Shown one piece after another: positions 21,714 through 32,350 of a stretch of DNA of 64,000 nucleotides; the stretch's first letter is position 1; the number at the start of each line of letters is the position of its first letter. The stretch comes from a bacterium UBP2_UBA2255 (GTDB lineage Bacteria; Edwardsbacteria; AC1; EtOH8). The stretch is from NCBI GenBank assembly GCA_002347565.1, contig DDXR01000049.1, positions 42,302 through 106,301 of the forward strand, written 5' to 3'. The notes under the pieces were generated by a model that had not been told where the DNA came from, searched no databases, and saw only the letters and a list, made by a program, of their open reading frames with translations. Both the position numbers and the translations under genes were made by a program.

Positions 21714-23689
21714 TGTGCGGCATTCTGGGTCTGATCCAGCGGCCCGACCGGGCGGTCGACGTCGGCCGGTTCGCGGAATCCCTGCAGTCGATGCGCCACC
21801 GCGGGCCCGATGGCGAGGGCATCTACCTGCTGAACTCGGCCTCCGGCGCCGGCGCAGCCTGGGCTGGCAGCGACACCGATCCCCGGCTCCGGCTGCCGGC
21901 GGTGGCCGGTGCCGCCGGCAGCCGGGCCAATATCGCGCTGGGGCACCGCCGCCTGGCGATCATCGACCTGTCCCCCTCGGGCCATCAGCCGATGGCCAGC
22001 CGGGACCGCCGGCAGTGGATCGTCCTGAACGGTGAGGTTTACAATTACCGCGAATTGCGGAGCGAGCTGCGCGGCCGCGGCCATTCCTTCGTGTCATCAT
22101 CCGATACCGAGGTCGTGCTGGCCGCCTACCGGGAGTGGGGGCCGCTGTCGGTCGGGCGGTTCGTGGGGATGTTCGCCCTGGCGATCATCGACATCCCGCG
22201 GCGCGCTGTTTTCCTAGCGCGCGATCATTTCGGCATCAAGCCGCTCTACTACGCATTCGACGGCCGGCAGCTGGCGTTCGCATCCGAGATCGGGCCGCTG
22301 CTGCGGCTGCGCGGCGGGCGGCCCCGGATCGATCCCCGGCGCACCTACGAATACCTGCGGTACAACCTGTCGGACTACGGCGATGCCACCATGTTCCAGG
22401 GGATCTCCCAGTTGCCGACGGCGAGCACCATGGAGCTGTCCTGGGAGGACATGCGGCTGTCCGGGCCGACCGCCTACTGGCGGATCGACGGCGTTGCGCC
22501 GAGCGACATCGGCCGGCCGGAGGCGGCGCGCGAGCTGCGGCGGCTGCTCGAGGAGAGCGTCGGGTACCATCTCCGAAGCGATGTGCCGGTCGGATCGTGC
22601 CTGTCCGGCGGCCTGGACTCCAGCGCCATCGTCGCCATGATGCGCCAGCGCCTCGGGCCGCGGCGGTCGATCCAGACGTTCAGCTACGTCAGCGATGACC
22701 GCCTGTTGTCCGAGGAACGCTACATCGACATGGTCAACGGCGCCAACGCCTGCGTCCCCCACAAGACGACGATCTCACCGGACGAGCTGGCCAGGGACCT
22801 GGACAGCTTGATCCGGGTGCAGGAGCTGCCGTTCATGAGCACCAGCATCTACGCCCAGTACCGGGTCTTCCGGCTGGCGGGTGAATGCGGCATCAAGGTG
22901 ATGCTGGACGGGCAGGGAGCGGATGAGCTGTTCGCTGGCTACCTCAACCTGCTGGGGGCCAGGATCACGGCGCTGCTGGCCGGCCGCGACTGGTCCGGGG
23001 CCCGGCGGCTGTGTCGCGCGGTGCCGCTGAACATGGGCGGCTATCGCTTCGGCATGCTGGCGACAGCGCTCGGCCGGCTGGCGCCGGCCAGGCTCCATGG
23101 CCAGATGATGGCGGCGGCCGGGCAGCCGATCTGGCCGTCATGGCTGAACCCCGGATGGTTCGCCGAACGGGGCGTGGCGGCGGCGCCCCGGGCTTATGGG
23201 CGGGGGAGACAGGCGCTGCGCGAGGAGCTGCGACTGGCGATCGAGCAGGCGAGCCTCCCCAACCTGCTGCGCTTCGAGGACCGGAATTCAATGGCCCATT
23301 CGATCGAAAGCCGAGTTCCGTTCTGCAACCACCGGCTGGCGGAGTTCGCTTTCTCGCTGCCCGATGATTACCTGATCGACGGCAGCGGGACGACCAAGGC
23401 GATCCTCAAGCAGAGCCTGGGGGGGGTGCTGCCGGAGGAGATCCTCAACCGGGAGAAGGTCGGGTTCGCCGTGCCGGAGCGCCGCTGGGCGGTGCAGCTG
23501 GCCCCGTGGATCGAGCGCATCCTGGCCGGCGCCCACGACGATGGATTTCCGATGCTCGATCTGCCCAAGGTCAGGAAAACCGTGCGGCGGCAGATGGAGG
23601 ACGGACGCCGACACCTGCTGGGGGAGAGCTGGCGGATCGTGCTTTTCATCCGCTGGGCGGCGATCTGGGGCGCCGATGTCGCTGCCTGA
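21713..23689 (+). CDS. asnB: Asparagine synthase-like glutamine amidotransferase (sugar amidation, WbpS/LtsA-like)
   Basis: MCGI start, HRGPDG, GHRRLAIIDLS..GHQPM, LSGGLDSS, DGQGADELFAGY, DRNSMAHSIE.RVPF. Confidence 0.92.
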   Translation: MCGILGLIQRPDRAVDVGRFAESLQSMRHRGPDGEGIYLLNSASGAGAAWAGSDTDPRLRLPAVAGAAGSRANIALGHRRLAIIDLSPSGHQPMASRDRRQWIVLNGEVYNYRELRSELRGRGHSFVSSSDTEVVLAAYREWGPLSVGRFVGMFALAIIDIPRRAVFLARDHFGIKPLYYAFDGRQLAFASEIGPLLRLRGGRPRIDPRRTYEYLRYNLSDYGDATMFQGISQLPTASTMELSWEDMRLSGPTAYWRIDGVAPSDIGRPEAARELRRLLEESVGYHLRSDVPVGSCLSGGLDSSAIVAMMRQRLGPRRSIQTFSYVSDDRLLSEERYIDMVNGANACVPHKTTISPDELARDLDSLIRVQELPFMSTSIYAQYRVFRLAGECGIKVMLDGQGADELFAGYLNLLGARITALLAGRDWSGARRLCRAVPLNMGGYRFGMLATALGRLAPARLHGQMMAAAGQPIWPSWLNPGWFAERGVAAAPRAYGRGRQALREELRLAIEQASLPNLLRFEDRNSMAHSIESRVPFCNHRLAEFAFSLPDDYLIDGSGTTKAILKQSLGGVLPEEILNREKVGFAVPERRWAVQLAPWIERILAGAHDDGFPMLDLPKVRKTVRRQMEDGRRHLLGESWRIVLFIRWAAIWGADVAA

Positions 23690-24950
23690 TGGGGGCCGCC
23701 TGGTCGCGGCACCGCGGCGCTCCCCGATCCGCGTCGCCGTACTGACCGAGACCTTTGCCAAGGGCATGGGCTATGCTGGCAGCATGCTGCCGAAGTACCT
23801 TGCCCGGCTCGGGGCCGACGTCCACGTCATCACCATGGACCTGTCGCCGTACCATTCCCTCGCCGAGTTCCAGCAGATCTACGGCGGGATCACCGGCGCC
23901 GACGCCATCAAGCCCGGCACGGTCGAGCGATACGATGGCTATCACCTTCATGTGCTGGGGCACGCCCGGGTGATGGGATACATGCGGATGGTGGGGCTGG
24001 GGCCGGTGATCGCCGAGCTCAGGCCGGATGTCGTTCAGACCTTCGCCGCCATCGGGCCGATCCCGATGGATGCGGCCCTGCTGCGGCTCCGGTTCGGCTA
24101 CAAGCTGTTCACCGGAAACCACACCACGGCATCGGTGTTCCCGCTGGCGCAGGCGGCCCTGCCCTGCTGGCACCGCCGGCGGCTGCAGTGCCTCGCCCTG
24201 CGCAGCGCCCCCGGGCGCGTGATCAGCTGGTTCACCGAGCGCTGCTACGGCGCCACCGTCGACTGCGGGGAGGTCGCGGTCAAGTTCTTCGGCGTCCCGC
24301 GCCGAAAACTGACCGTCTGCCCGCTGGGCGTCGACAGCGAGGTATTCCACCCGGCGCCGGTGGCGGAAGGCGCTGAACGAGCCGCCCTGCGGCGGGAACT
24401 CGGGTTCGCAGACCACGAGATCGTCTGCATCTACACCGGCCGCTTCACCGAAGCCAAGAACCCGGCGCTGCTGGCCGAGGCCGTCGCCCGGCTGGCGCGG
24501 CAGGGCCGGCCATTCCGCGGGCTCTTCCTTGGGAGCGGCCCCCAGCAGGAACGGTTGCAGGGCAGCCCGGCCTGTTCGGTGCTGCCGTTCCGGCCGGTCA
24601 ACGAGCTCGGCAGGTACTTCCGGGCCAGCGAGATCGGCGTCTGGCCCACCCAGGAATCGACCTCGATGCTGGATGCGGCCGCCTGCGGTCTGCCGATCGT
24701 TGTCAACGACACGCTGCAGGCCGGGGAACGGGTCGAGGGGAACGGGCTGCGCTACCGGTTGAACGACCTTGACGACCTGGTCGCTGCGCTGCGCCGGCTG
24801 GAGGATCCAGCGCTGCGGTCCCGGCTGGGTTCAGCGGGAGCCGAGAAGATGCGGCGGGAGTACAGCTGGGAGAGCATCGCCCGCAGGCGCCTCGCGGATT
24901 ACCAACGGGCGCTCGAACCGCAGCCGGCCGCATGCGCCGGAACCGAATAG
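23676..24950 (+). CDS. Glycosyltransferase family 4
   Basis: PLGVD..F.P, YTGRF...K, DAAACGLP.VV, YSWE.IA. Confidence 0.85.
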   Translation: MSLPDGGRLVAAPRRSPIRVAVLTETFAKGMGYAGSMLPKYLARLGADVHVITMDLSPYHSLAEFQQIYGGITGADAIKPGTVERYDGYHLHVLGHARVMGYMRMVGLGPVIAELRPDVVQTFAAIGPIPMDAALLRLRFGYKLFTGNHTTASVFPLAQAALPCWHRRRLQCLALRSAPGRVISWFTERCYGATVDCGEVAVKFFGVPRRKLTVCPLGVDSEVFHPAPVAEGAERAALRRELGFADHEIVCIYTGRFTEAKNPALLAEAVARLARQGRPFRGLFLGSGPQQERLQGSPACSVLPFRPVNELGRYFRASEIGVWPTQESTSMLDAAACGLPIVVNDTLQAGERVEGNGLRYRLNDLDDLVAALRRLEDPALRSRLGSAGAEKMRREYSWESIARRRLADYQRALEPQPAACAGTE

Positions 24951-24959
24951 CACGAAGAC

Positions 24960-25736
24960 ATGTTCGTCCGCAACCTGAAGAAAATAGCCAACCGGTTGGG
25001 GTTCGAGGTCCGCCGCACGCCCGCGGTGCCCTATGACGACCAGGCATCAGCCGAGCGGGCCATCGCGGTGGTCGCGCCGTACACCATGCTCCCGTGGGAG
25101 CGTCTGGTGACGCTGTACCAGAAGGTGGCCTTTTGCGAGCGGTCGGGGCTGGACGGCGATTTGGTGGAATGCGGCGTCTGGAAAGGCGGTGCCGCGGCGC
25201 TAATGGCCCTGGCCAACATCGAATTGGGCCGAACGCGGCGCCACCTCCACCTGTTTGATTCGTTCCAAGAGATCTGCGCGCCGGATCAGGCGGTCGACGG
25301 CGAGCAAGCGGTGCGTGAGGCGCGCCGTCACGGCAGCGACTGCCTGGGCCAGCTCCGTCCGGTCACGGGGATCTATGACGCCGTTGGCGGTCCGGGGACC
25401 CTTCCCGGGAATCGCCGGCTGCTGGAGCAGGTTGTCGGCTATGACCCGGGATTCCTCCACTATCACGCCGGGTGGTTCCAGGAGACCCTGCCCCGGGACG
25501 CCCCCGGCATGGGGCCGATCGCGATCCTGCGGCTGGACGGTGATTGGTACGCTTCCACCAAAACCTGCTTGGCGCACTTGTACGATAAGGTCGTGTCCGG
25601 AGGTTTCGTGGTCATCGACGACTACGGCGCCTATCAGGGGTGCCGACGGGCGGTGGATGAGTTCATGGCGGAACGGCGCGTCAGCGCGTTTCTCCATTAC
25701 GACGATCGCATCTGCCGGTACTGGGTCAAGCCGTGA
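24960..25736 (+). CDS. TylF/MycF/NovP-family sugar O-methyltransferase
   Basis: GD.VECGVWKGG, LFDSF, GWFQETLP, LRLDGDWY.ST, IDDYG...GC..AVDEF. Confidence 0.92.
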   Translation: MFVRNLKKIANRLGFEVRRTPAVPYDDQASAERAIAVVAPYTMLPWERLVTLYQKVAFCERSGLDGDLVECGVWKGGAAALMALANIELGRTRRHLHLFDSFQEICAPDQAVDGEQAVREARRHGSDCLGQLRPVTGIYDAVGGPGTLPGNRRLLEQVVGYDPGFLHYHAGWFQETLPRDAPGMGPIAILRLDGDWYASTKTCLAHLYDKVVSGGFVVIDDYGAYQGCRRAVDEFMAERRVSAFLHYDDRICRYWVKP

Positions 25737-25792
25737 GCCGGCGGCGCGCGCCAGGCCGCGGAAGCGGCGGCACCACCAAGCGCGGAGGGACG

Positions 25793-26524
25793 ATGCTCAT
25801 CCTCAACCTAGGCTGCGGCCTGCGGACCAGCCCGGATCCTGATGTCGTCAACATCGACCGCTCGCCGTACCTCAGGATCAAACGGAATTTCCTGTTGCGG
25901 CTGCTGGTACCGGTGCTGCTGCGGGGCGAGCGGGCGGAGCGGTATTCCCGCATCCCGGACAACGTCGTCCTCCATGACCTGCGCCGGGGCATCCCGTTCG
26001 GTCCCGATAGTGTCGATGCGGTCTATCATTCGCACCTGCTGGAGCATCTCTCCCGAGCTGAAGCCGAGCATTTCCTGCTTGAGATCCGACGGGTGCTCAA
26101 GCCCGGCGGCATCCAGCGCATCGTTGTCCCCGATCTGGAGCGATCCTGCCGCCGCTGCCTGTCGCATCTCGCGCGGTGCGACGCAGACCCGTCACAGGCC
26201 GGCGAGCACGACCGCTATGTGGCGGCGATCATCGAGCAGTGCGTCCGCCGCGAGGCCGCCGGAACTGGCCGCCAAGGCCCGCTGCGGCGGTTTGCCGAGA
26301 ACCTGCTGGTGGGAGACGCCAGCAGGCGGGGCGAGGCCCACCAGTGGCTCTACGACCGGGCCAATCTCGCAGCTTTGCTGGCACGCACGGGCTACGTCAA
26401 TTTCTGCGTGCAGCGCCATGACACCAGCTTGATCCCGGGTTGGACCAGGTACGGACTGGACGGGGACCACCTGGGGGTCGAGCATCTGACCGATTCGCTG
26501 TTCGTCGAAGCGCGCAAGGGGTGA
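25793..26524 (+). CDS. SAM-dependent methyltransferase (type 11)
   Basis: LNLGCG, SVDAVYHSHLLEHL, RVLKPGG..RIVVPDL. Confidence 0.85.
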   Translation: MLILNLGCGLRTSPDPDVVNIDRSPYLRIKRNFLLRLLVPVLLRGERAERYSRIPDNVVLHDLRRGIPFGPDSVDAVYHSHLLEHLSRAEAEHFLLEIRRVLKPGGIQRIVVPDLERSCRRCLSHLARCDADPSQAGEHDRYVAAIIEQCVRREAAGTGRQGPLRRFAENLLVGDASRRGEAHQWLYDRANLAALLARTGYVNFCVQRHDTSLIPGWTRYGLDGDHLGVEHLTDSLFVEARKG

Positions 26525-26552
26525 CCGCTTGCCTCAGACGAGCAGGGCCCCG

Positions 26553-27815
26553 ATGCGGGCGTTGATCCTGAGCACCCACGACAGCGGGGGCGCCGGGATC
26601 GCAATCCACCGGCTGCACCGCAGCCTGCTGCGCCGGGGGATGTCATCCGCGATGGTAGTCTCGACGAAACGGACAGCGGACGAAACGGTGCTCGAGGCTC
26701 CCCGGGGAACGGCATTCTCGCGATGCTCCGCCCTTGCTGTCAGGGCGGCGTTGCGGCTGGCGACCCGCCAGGATTATCACTTCCAGCAGCAGCTGCTGGA
26801 GACGGGCCCGTCCGCCGCGGCGTTGCTGCGGACGCTGCCGTTCAGGCCGAACGTCATCATCGCCGGTTGGATATCGCGGTTCGTTTCGCCGCGGCTGCTG
26901 CGCGAACTGTCTCGGATCAGCGGCGCACCGGTGCTGTGGTATCTGATGGACATGGCCCCCCTGACCGGCGGCTGCCATTACGCCTGGGACTGCACCGGCT
27001 ACCAGCGCAGCTGCGGGAACTGCCCGGCGCTGCCGGTGCGGCATCCGGGGGACCTCTCCCACCGGATCATGCGCGGCAAGCGGCGGGAGCTGAAGGACTG
27101 CGACCTGACCATGGTCGCGGCCAGCGGCCAGCTGCAGCAGCAGTGCGCCCGATCGAGTCTCTGCCGCGGCAGGAGGGTGGAGCGGATCATGCTGTCGGTC
27201 GATCCCGACATCTTCCGTCCCGGCGACCGCCGCCTGGCCAGGAACGCTGTCGGACTTCCCGCCGCCGGCAAGGTTGTCCTGATCGGGGCCCAGTCGCTGT
27301 CGGTGCGCCGCAAAGGAACGGGACAGCTCGTTGACGCGCTCCGCCGCCTGGGGCCGATGCTCGGGGGCGCGGCCAAGTTGGTGACGATCGCGGCCATCGG
27401 TCCGGCCGCGGGACTGCGGGGCATGCTGCCATCGGTATTCGGTTTCCGGGCGCTCGGGTTCATGCACGGCGACCGGTCGCTGGCGGAGTGCTATCGGGCC
27501 GCTGATGTGTTCGTCTGCCCTTCAATCCAGGACTCGGGCCCCATGATGATAAATGAGGCGATCATGTCGGGCACGCCGGTGGTCTCGTTCGACATCGGCG
27601 TGGCGGCCGACTTGGTGGCGACCGGCAGCACCGGCTACCGTGCTGTTTCGCCGGACGCCCGCGACCTGGCCGCCGGCATCGCGGCGGTGCTTGACCTTGA
27701 TGCGCCGCGTGCGGACGCAATGGCGGCCCGCTGCCGGGATCTCGGTTTGCGGATGTGCCATCCCGCGGTCCAGGCCGGGGCATTCCGCGACCTGATGCGG
27801 GAGGTGACGGCATGA
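26553..27815 (+). CDS. Glycosyltransferase family 4 (WcaC-like)
   Basis: GGAGIA..RLH..L, DM.PLTGGCHY..DC..Y...CG.CP, RKG, EA..SGTPVV.F. Confidence 0.87.
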   Translation: MRALILSTHDSGGAGIAIHRLHRSLLRRGMSSAMVVSTKRTADETVLEAPRGTAFSRCSALAVRAALRLATRQDYHFQQQLLETGPSAAALLRTLPFRPNVIIAGWISRFVSPRLLRELSRISGAPVLWYLMDMAPLTGGCHYAWDCTGYQRSCGNCPALPVRHPGDLSHRIMRGKRRELKDCDLTMVAASGQLQQQCARSSLCRGRRVERIMLSVDPDIFRPGDRRLARNAVGLPAAGKVVLIGAQSLSVRRKGTGQLVDALRRLGPMLGGAAKLVTIAAIGPAAGLRGMLPSVFGFRALGFMHGDRSLAECYRAADVFVCPSIQDSGPMMINEAIMSGTPVVSFDIGVAADLVATGSTGYRAVSPDARDLAAGIAAVLDLDAPRADAMAARCRDLGLRMCHPAVQAGAFRDLMREVTA

Positions 27816-28561
27816 GCAGCTCCGGCGGCGAAAATGACCGCGGCTACCGCCTACTTGAATGGGACAGCGGCTTCTTCGGGTTCGGCGTGGCGAGGCTCAC
27901 GGTGCCGACCGCAGACACCGCCGGGATGGCGGGGATCATTGATATGCTCCGGTCCCGCGGGGTGTCGCTCGCCTACTGGGCGACTGATCCGGGTGATGCC
28001 GGCGCACAACTGGCGGCTTGCAGCAACGGCGGCTGGCTGGCAGACGAGAAGGCGACGTACGTGATCGGGCTCCGCGCCCTCCCGCCGGACGGCATCCCGC
28101 CGCCGGAGGCCGAGATCAGCGAATACCGGTCGAACGAGGTTGACGATGCCCTGTACCGCCTGGCGCTCCAGAGCGGCGTCCATTCGCGTTTCCGCATTGA
28201 TCCCCGTTTCCCCCCGGGGGCCTTCGAACGGCTCTACCGGGAATGGATGCGGCGGTCGGTCGGCGGGGAGCTGGCCCGAGCCGTGCTGGTGGCGGGACCG
28301 GCCGGGCGGATATCGGGGATGCTGACCGTCGGCGAACAGGGCGGCCGCGGAGACATCGGGCTGGTGGCGGTCGATCAGGCCGCGCGAGGCCGCCATGTCG
28401 GGACCTCGCTGGTCCGCGCGGCGTTGAGGTGGTTCGTCGGCAACGGCTACCAGTCGGCGCAGGTGGTGACCCAGCGGGCCAATGTCCACGCCTGCCGGCT
28501 GTATCGGGCGTGCGGATTCGAGATCGAGCAGATCAGGAACGTCTATCATTTTTGGCTATGA
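27812..28561 (+). CDS. wecD: dTDP-4-amino-4,6-dideoxy-D-galactose acyltransferase (GNAT)
   Basis: L.WDS.FFG, SRFR.DP.F, LY..W, IGLVAV...RG..VG, VVTQ..N..A..LY...GF. Confidence 0.8.
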   Translation: MSSSGGENDRGYRLLEWDSGFFGFGVARLTVPTADTAGMAGIIDMLRSRGVSLAYWATDPGDAGAQLAACSNGGWLADEKATYVIGLRALPPDGIPPPEAEISEYRSNEVDDALYRLALQSGVHSRFRIDPRFPPGAFERLYREWMRRSVGGELARAVLVAGPAGRISGMLTVGEQGGRGDIGLVAVDQAARGRHVGTSLVRAALRWFVGNGYQSAQVVTQRANVHACRLYRACGFEIEQIRNVYHFWL

Positions 28562-29691
28562 CCATTCCGTTCAACAAACCGTACCTGACCGGCCGGGAGA
28601 CCGATTACATCCGGCAGGCGGTGGAATCGGGGAAGATATCCGGCGACGGCATGTTCACCAAGCGCTGCCACCGGTTCTTCGAGCAGCGCTACGGCATCCC
28701 CAGGGCGCTGCTGACGACCTCTTGCACCGACGCCCTGGAGATGGCCGCCATCCTGGCCGACATCGGGCCCGGCGACGAGGTGATCGCGCCCAGCTTCACC
28801 TTCGTCTCGACGGTCAACGCCTTCGTGCTGCGGGGCGCCCGCATCGTTTTTGCCGACAGCGGAGACGAAACGCCGAACATCGACACGTCACGGCTGGAAG
28901 GGCTGGTCACGCCCCGCACCAGGGTGATCGTGCCAGTCCACTACGGCGGCGTGGCCTGCGACATGGACGTCATCCTCTCGATCGCCGAGCGCCACGGGCT
29001 GCTGGTGGTAGAGGACGCCGCCCAGGCCGTGGAAGCCGCCTACCGCGGCCGCCAGCTGGGGACGATCGGCCACTTGGGAGCATTTTCGTTCCATGAGACC
29101 AAGAACGTCATCGCCGGCGAGGGGGGGATGCTGGCGGTCAATGACCAGCGTTTCGCGGCGCGCGCCGAGATCATCAGAGAGAAGGGAACCAACCGCGCTG
29201 CGTTTTTCCGGGGAGAGGTCGACAAGTACGGCTGGGTGGACATCGGCTCGTCCTTTCTGCCGTCGGACATCGTCGCCGCATTCCTGTACGCCCAGCTGGA
29301 GAACATCGACCGCATCCAGCGGCGGCGACTCGAGATCTGGGAACAGTACCGCCGGGGCCTGGCCGATCTGGCGGCCGACGGTTGCTGTCGCCTGCCGGTC
29401 CTTCCGGCGTATGCCAGCAACAACGCCCATCTGTTCCATTTGGTATGCGACAGCCTGAAGCAGCGGACTGAGCTGATAGAATGGCTGAAGGGCCGGGGCG
29501 TCATGGCGGTGTTCCACTACCTGTCGCTCCACCGGAGCAGCTTCTTCAAGGACAGGCACGACGGCCGGCCGCTTCCCTGCGCTGACCGGTTCAGCGATTG
29601 CCTGGTCAGGCTGCCGCTGTTCTTCGAGCTGACGGACGGCCAGGTCGAAGCGGTGATCGCCGGCGTGCGCTCGTTCTATGGCCGCGGCTGA
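28558..29691 (+). CDS. wecE: dTDP-4-amino-4,6-dideoxygalactose transaminase
   Basis: IPFNKP, SGDG.FTK.C, TTSCTDALEM, SFHETKN...GEGG, REKGTNR..FFRG.VDKY.W.D.GSS. Confidence 0.93.
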   Translation: MTIPFNKPYLTGRETDYIRQAVESGKISGDGMFTKRCHRFFEQRYGIPRALLTTSCTDALEMAAILADIGPGDEVIAPSFTFVSTVNAFVLRGARIVFADSGDETPNIDTSRLEGLVTPRTRVIVPVHYGGVACDMDVILSIAERHGLLVVEDAAQAVEAAYRGRQLGTIGHLGAFSFHETKNVIAGEGGMLAVNDQRFAARAEIIREKGTNRAAFFRGEVDKYGWVDIGSSFLPSDIVAAFLYAQLENIDRIQRRRLEIWEQYRRGLADLAADGCCRLPVLPAYASNNAHLFHLVCDSLKQRTELIEWLKGRGVMAVFHYLSLHRSSFFKDRHDGRPLPCADRFSDCLVRLPLFFELTDGQVEAVIAGVRSFYGRG

Positions 29692-29719
29692 AGCGGGGCG
29701 GCGCGACGGCGCCGCGGGG

Positions 29720-30991
29720 ATGCGGATCACGATCGTCTGCCAGCTGTACCCGCCGGAGGTCGCACCGATCGGCGTGATGGTCTCCGAGCTGGCCCGGGAT
29801 CTGGCACGGGCCGGGCACGAGGTGACGGTCGTCACCGCATTCCCCAACCATCCCCGGGGCGTGGTGTTCCCCGGATTCAGGCAGCGGCTCGTCCGCCGCG
29901 AACGGGCCGGCGGCATCACCGTGCTCCGCTGCTACATGTTCGTCACCCCCGGCCGGTCGCCCGCCGCGCGGATCGCCGGCTACCTGACGTTCGGGCTGGC
30001 CGCGGTGCTGGCGGCGCTGCGGCTGCCGCGGCAGCACGCCGTACTGGTCCCGTCGCCGCCGCTGACGAACGGCATCGTTGCGCTGGTGCTCCGCCGGCTG
30101 CTCCGTACACCCTGTGTGCTCAACATCCAGGACGTCTTCCCGGACGCGGCGATCGCCGCCGGCGTCATCAGGAATGCGGCGCTGATCAGCGCGATCCGTC
30201 GGATGGAGCTGGCCATCTACCGCGGCTGCCGCCGGATCGTAGTGATCTCTGACGGTTTCAGGCAGAACCTGGAAGCGAAGGGGGTGGCGGGCGGGAAGAT
30301 CGAAGTGATATACAACTGGCTGGACACCGCGGAGATCACGCCATTGTCGCGGGACAATCCGTTCGCCCGCCGCCATGCGCTGGCCGGCAAGTATGTCGTC
30401 CTCTACTCCGGCACCATCGGCTTGATCTCCGGCGCAGAGCTGTTGCTCGATTGCGCGCAGCGGCTGTCCGGACTGCCGGACATCCTGCTGCTGATCGTCG
30501 GGGAGGGCGTCGCCAGGGACGCCCTGGTGCGCGGCGCCGGGCAACGGGGGCTGGACAACATGCGGTTTCTCCCGTTCCAGCCACGCGAACTGCTGTCCCA
30601 AGTGCAGTCCAGCGCCGACGTGTCGGTGGTGACCCTCAAGCCGGCGATGGGGAGGACCTCGGTCCCCAGCAAGGTGCTGGGATACATGGCGGCGGCCCGT
30701 CCGGTGATCGCCAGCGTCGATCGGGACTGCGACACCAGCCGCATGATAGCGCTGGCCGACTGCGGCATCGTGACCCCGGCCGGGGATGCCCCGGCATTGA
30801 CCGCGGCGATGCTGGCGCTCTACCGGAACCGGGTGCTGGCCCGTCGGCTGGGAGCGAACGGCCGGGCGTTCATCGAGCGACACTGCTCCCGCGCAGCCGC
30901 CACTGCGGCCTACGGACGAGTACTGCGCGAGGCAGGCTGCTCCGGGTACGGGGGATGGGCAGGAGGAACGGACGATGGTGAACACCGCTAA
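29720..30991 (+). CDS. Glycosyltransferase family 4 (WcaI/WbuB-like)
   Basis: Q.YPPE, V.T.FPNHP.G, QD.FPD, YSG.IG, VPSK..GYMAA.RPV; alternative start at 29678. Confidence 0.87.
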   Translation: MRITIVCQLYPPEVAPIGVMVSELARDLARAGHEVTVVTAFPNHPRGVVFPGFRQRLVRRERAGGITVLRCYMFVTPGRSPAARIAGYLTFGLAAVLAALRLPRQHAVLVPSPPLTNGIVALVLRRLLRTPCVLNIQDVFPDAAIAAGVIRNAALISAIRRMELAIYRGCRRIVVISDGFRQNLEAKGVAGGKIEVIYNWLDTAEITPLSRDNPFARRHALAGKYVVLYSGTIGLISGAELLLDCAQRLSGLPDILLLIVGEGVARDALVRGAGQRGLDNMRFLPFQPRELLSQVQSSADVSVVTLKPAMGRTSVPSKVLGYMAAARPVIASVDRDCDTSRMIALADCGIVTPAGDAPALTAAMLALYRNRVLARRLGANGRAFIERHCSRAAATAAYGRVLREAGCSGYGGWAGGTDDGEHR

Positions 30992-31013
30992 TCTTCAGCG
31001 ACGGGGGACTGCA

Positions 31014-31991
31014 ATGCAGCATGCCAGGATCCTTTCGACAGGGAGCGGACTTCCTGAGCGGATCGTGCGGAACGAGGACCTGACACAATTCCCGCGGCAT
31101 ACCCTGGGCCTGATCGAAGAGAAGACGGGCGTCAGGGAGCGGCGTTTCGCGGACCCGTCACAGTGCACCTCGGACATCGCCGCGTTGGCGGCCTCGGCTT
31201 GCCTGAAGCGGATCGGCTTCGATCCCCTGCGCGTCGACGCGATCATCCTTGCCACTTCCTCGCCGGACCGGATCCAACCGGCGACCGCCACCCGCCTGCA
31301 GCAGCTGATCGGCGCCGCCAATGCGTTTTGCTTCGACATCAACTCGGTGTGCAGCGGCGGCGTCTACGCCCTGGCGCTGGCCGAGTCGATGATCCGTGCG
31401 GCGCGCTGCGCGACCGTGCTGGTGGTGGCGTCCGAGGTGTACTCGCGGATCCTCAACCCGGCGGATTTCTCGACATATCCTTACTTCGGCGACGGCGCCG
31501 GTGCGGTGCTGCTGGGCGCCGGTGACGCCGGACCCGAGGTGGTGGGTGCGGTGCTGCGGACCGACGGCGCCGGCGCCGATGTCATCCAGATCCCGGCCGG
31601 CGGCACGATGCTGCCCTTCCACCAGCTGCAGCAGCCGAAGGACGCCTTTTTCCGGATGAAGGGGAGGGAGGTCTTCGATTTCGCAGTCGACAAGGGTTCA
31701 CGGGTGATCGGCGAGCTGCTGGCAAGCACCGGAACACCGCGCGAAAGCATCCGTTGGGTGATCCCGCACCAGGCCAACCTCAAGATCATCGCGGAACTGT
31801 CACAACGCTGCGGCATTCCGCTGCACAAGTTCGTCATCAATCTTGACCGCTACGGCAACACGGCCGGCGCCTCGGTACTGATCGCGTTCGACGAGCTGTG
31901 CGGCAGCGGGGAACCCAGGCCGGGCGACCACGTCGTCCTCGTCGCCTTCGGCGGCGGGCTGTCGTGGGGCGCGGCGCTGATAACCATGTAA
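31014..31991 (+). CDS. fabH: 3-oxoacyl-ACP synthase III (locus-specific FabH)
   Basis: Catalytic triad Cys (NSVCSGG), His (IPHQAN), Asn (YGNT); FGDGAGA, AFGGGLSWGA; alternative start at 30975. Confidence 0.9.
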   Translation: MQHARILSTGSGLPERIVRNEDLTQFPRHTLGLIEEKTGVRERRFADPSQCTSDIAALAASACLKRIGFDPLRVDAIILATSSPDRIQPATATRLQQLIGAANAFCFDINSVCSGGVYALALAESMIRAARCATVLVVASEVYSRILNPADFSTYPYFGDGAGAVLLGAGDAGPEVVGAVLRTDGAGADVIQIPAGGTMLPFHQLQQPKDAFFRMKGREVFDFAVDKGSRVIGELLASTGTPRESIRWVIPHQANLKIIAELSQRCGIPLHKFVINLDRYGNTAGASVLIAFDELCGSGEPRPGDHVVLVAFGGGLSWGAALITM

Positions 31992-32035
31992 CGGGCCGGC
32001 TGATCGGCCGGCGTACGAAAGGAGTGCAATCCATC

Positions 32036-32284
32036 ATGGAAGCCCAGACCAAACAGCGGCTGATCGCCGCCATCAGCTCCGTGTTCGACCGCTTCAATCC
32101 CGACCAGTTCAGCGAGGAACTGATGCTGGGCGACATCCCGGACTGGGACTCGATGAACGGCATCAATCTCCAGATGGCCGTCGAATCGGAGTTCTCGGTC
32201 GAGCTCAAGGACGCGTCCCTCGCCGGCACCGACCGCGTCGCGGACATCCTGCGGCTGCTGCGCGGACAGGGTGTCGCGGTCTGA
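32036..32284 (+). CDS. Acyl carrier protein
   Basis: 82 aa, acidic; DWDSM phosphopantetheine site; AVE.EF.V. Confidence 0.85.
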   Translation: MEAQTKQRLIAAISSVFDRFNPDQFSEELMLGDIPDWDSMNGINLQMAVESEFSVELKDASLAGTDRVADILRLLRGQGVAV

Positions 32285-32350
32285 CGGCCGCGGCCTGGTC
32301 GCCGCCAGAATCAGGGCAAGCCAACCGTCCCATCTAAGCGGGCTGGAGCG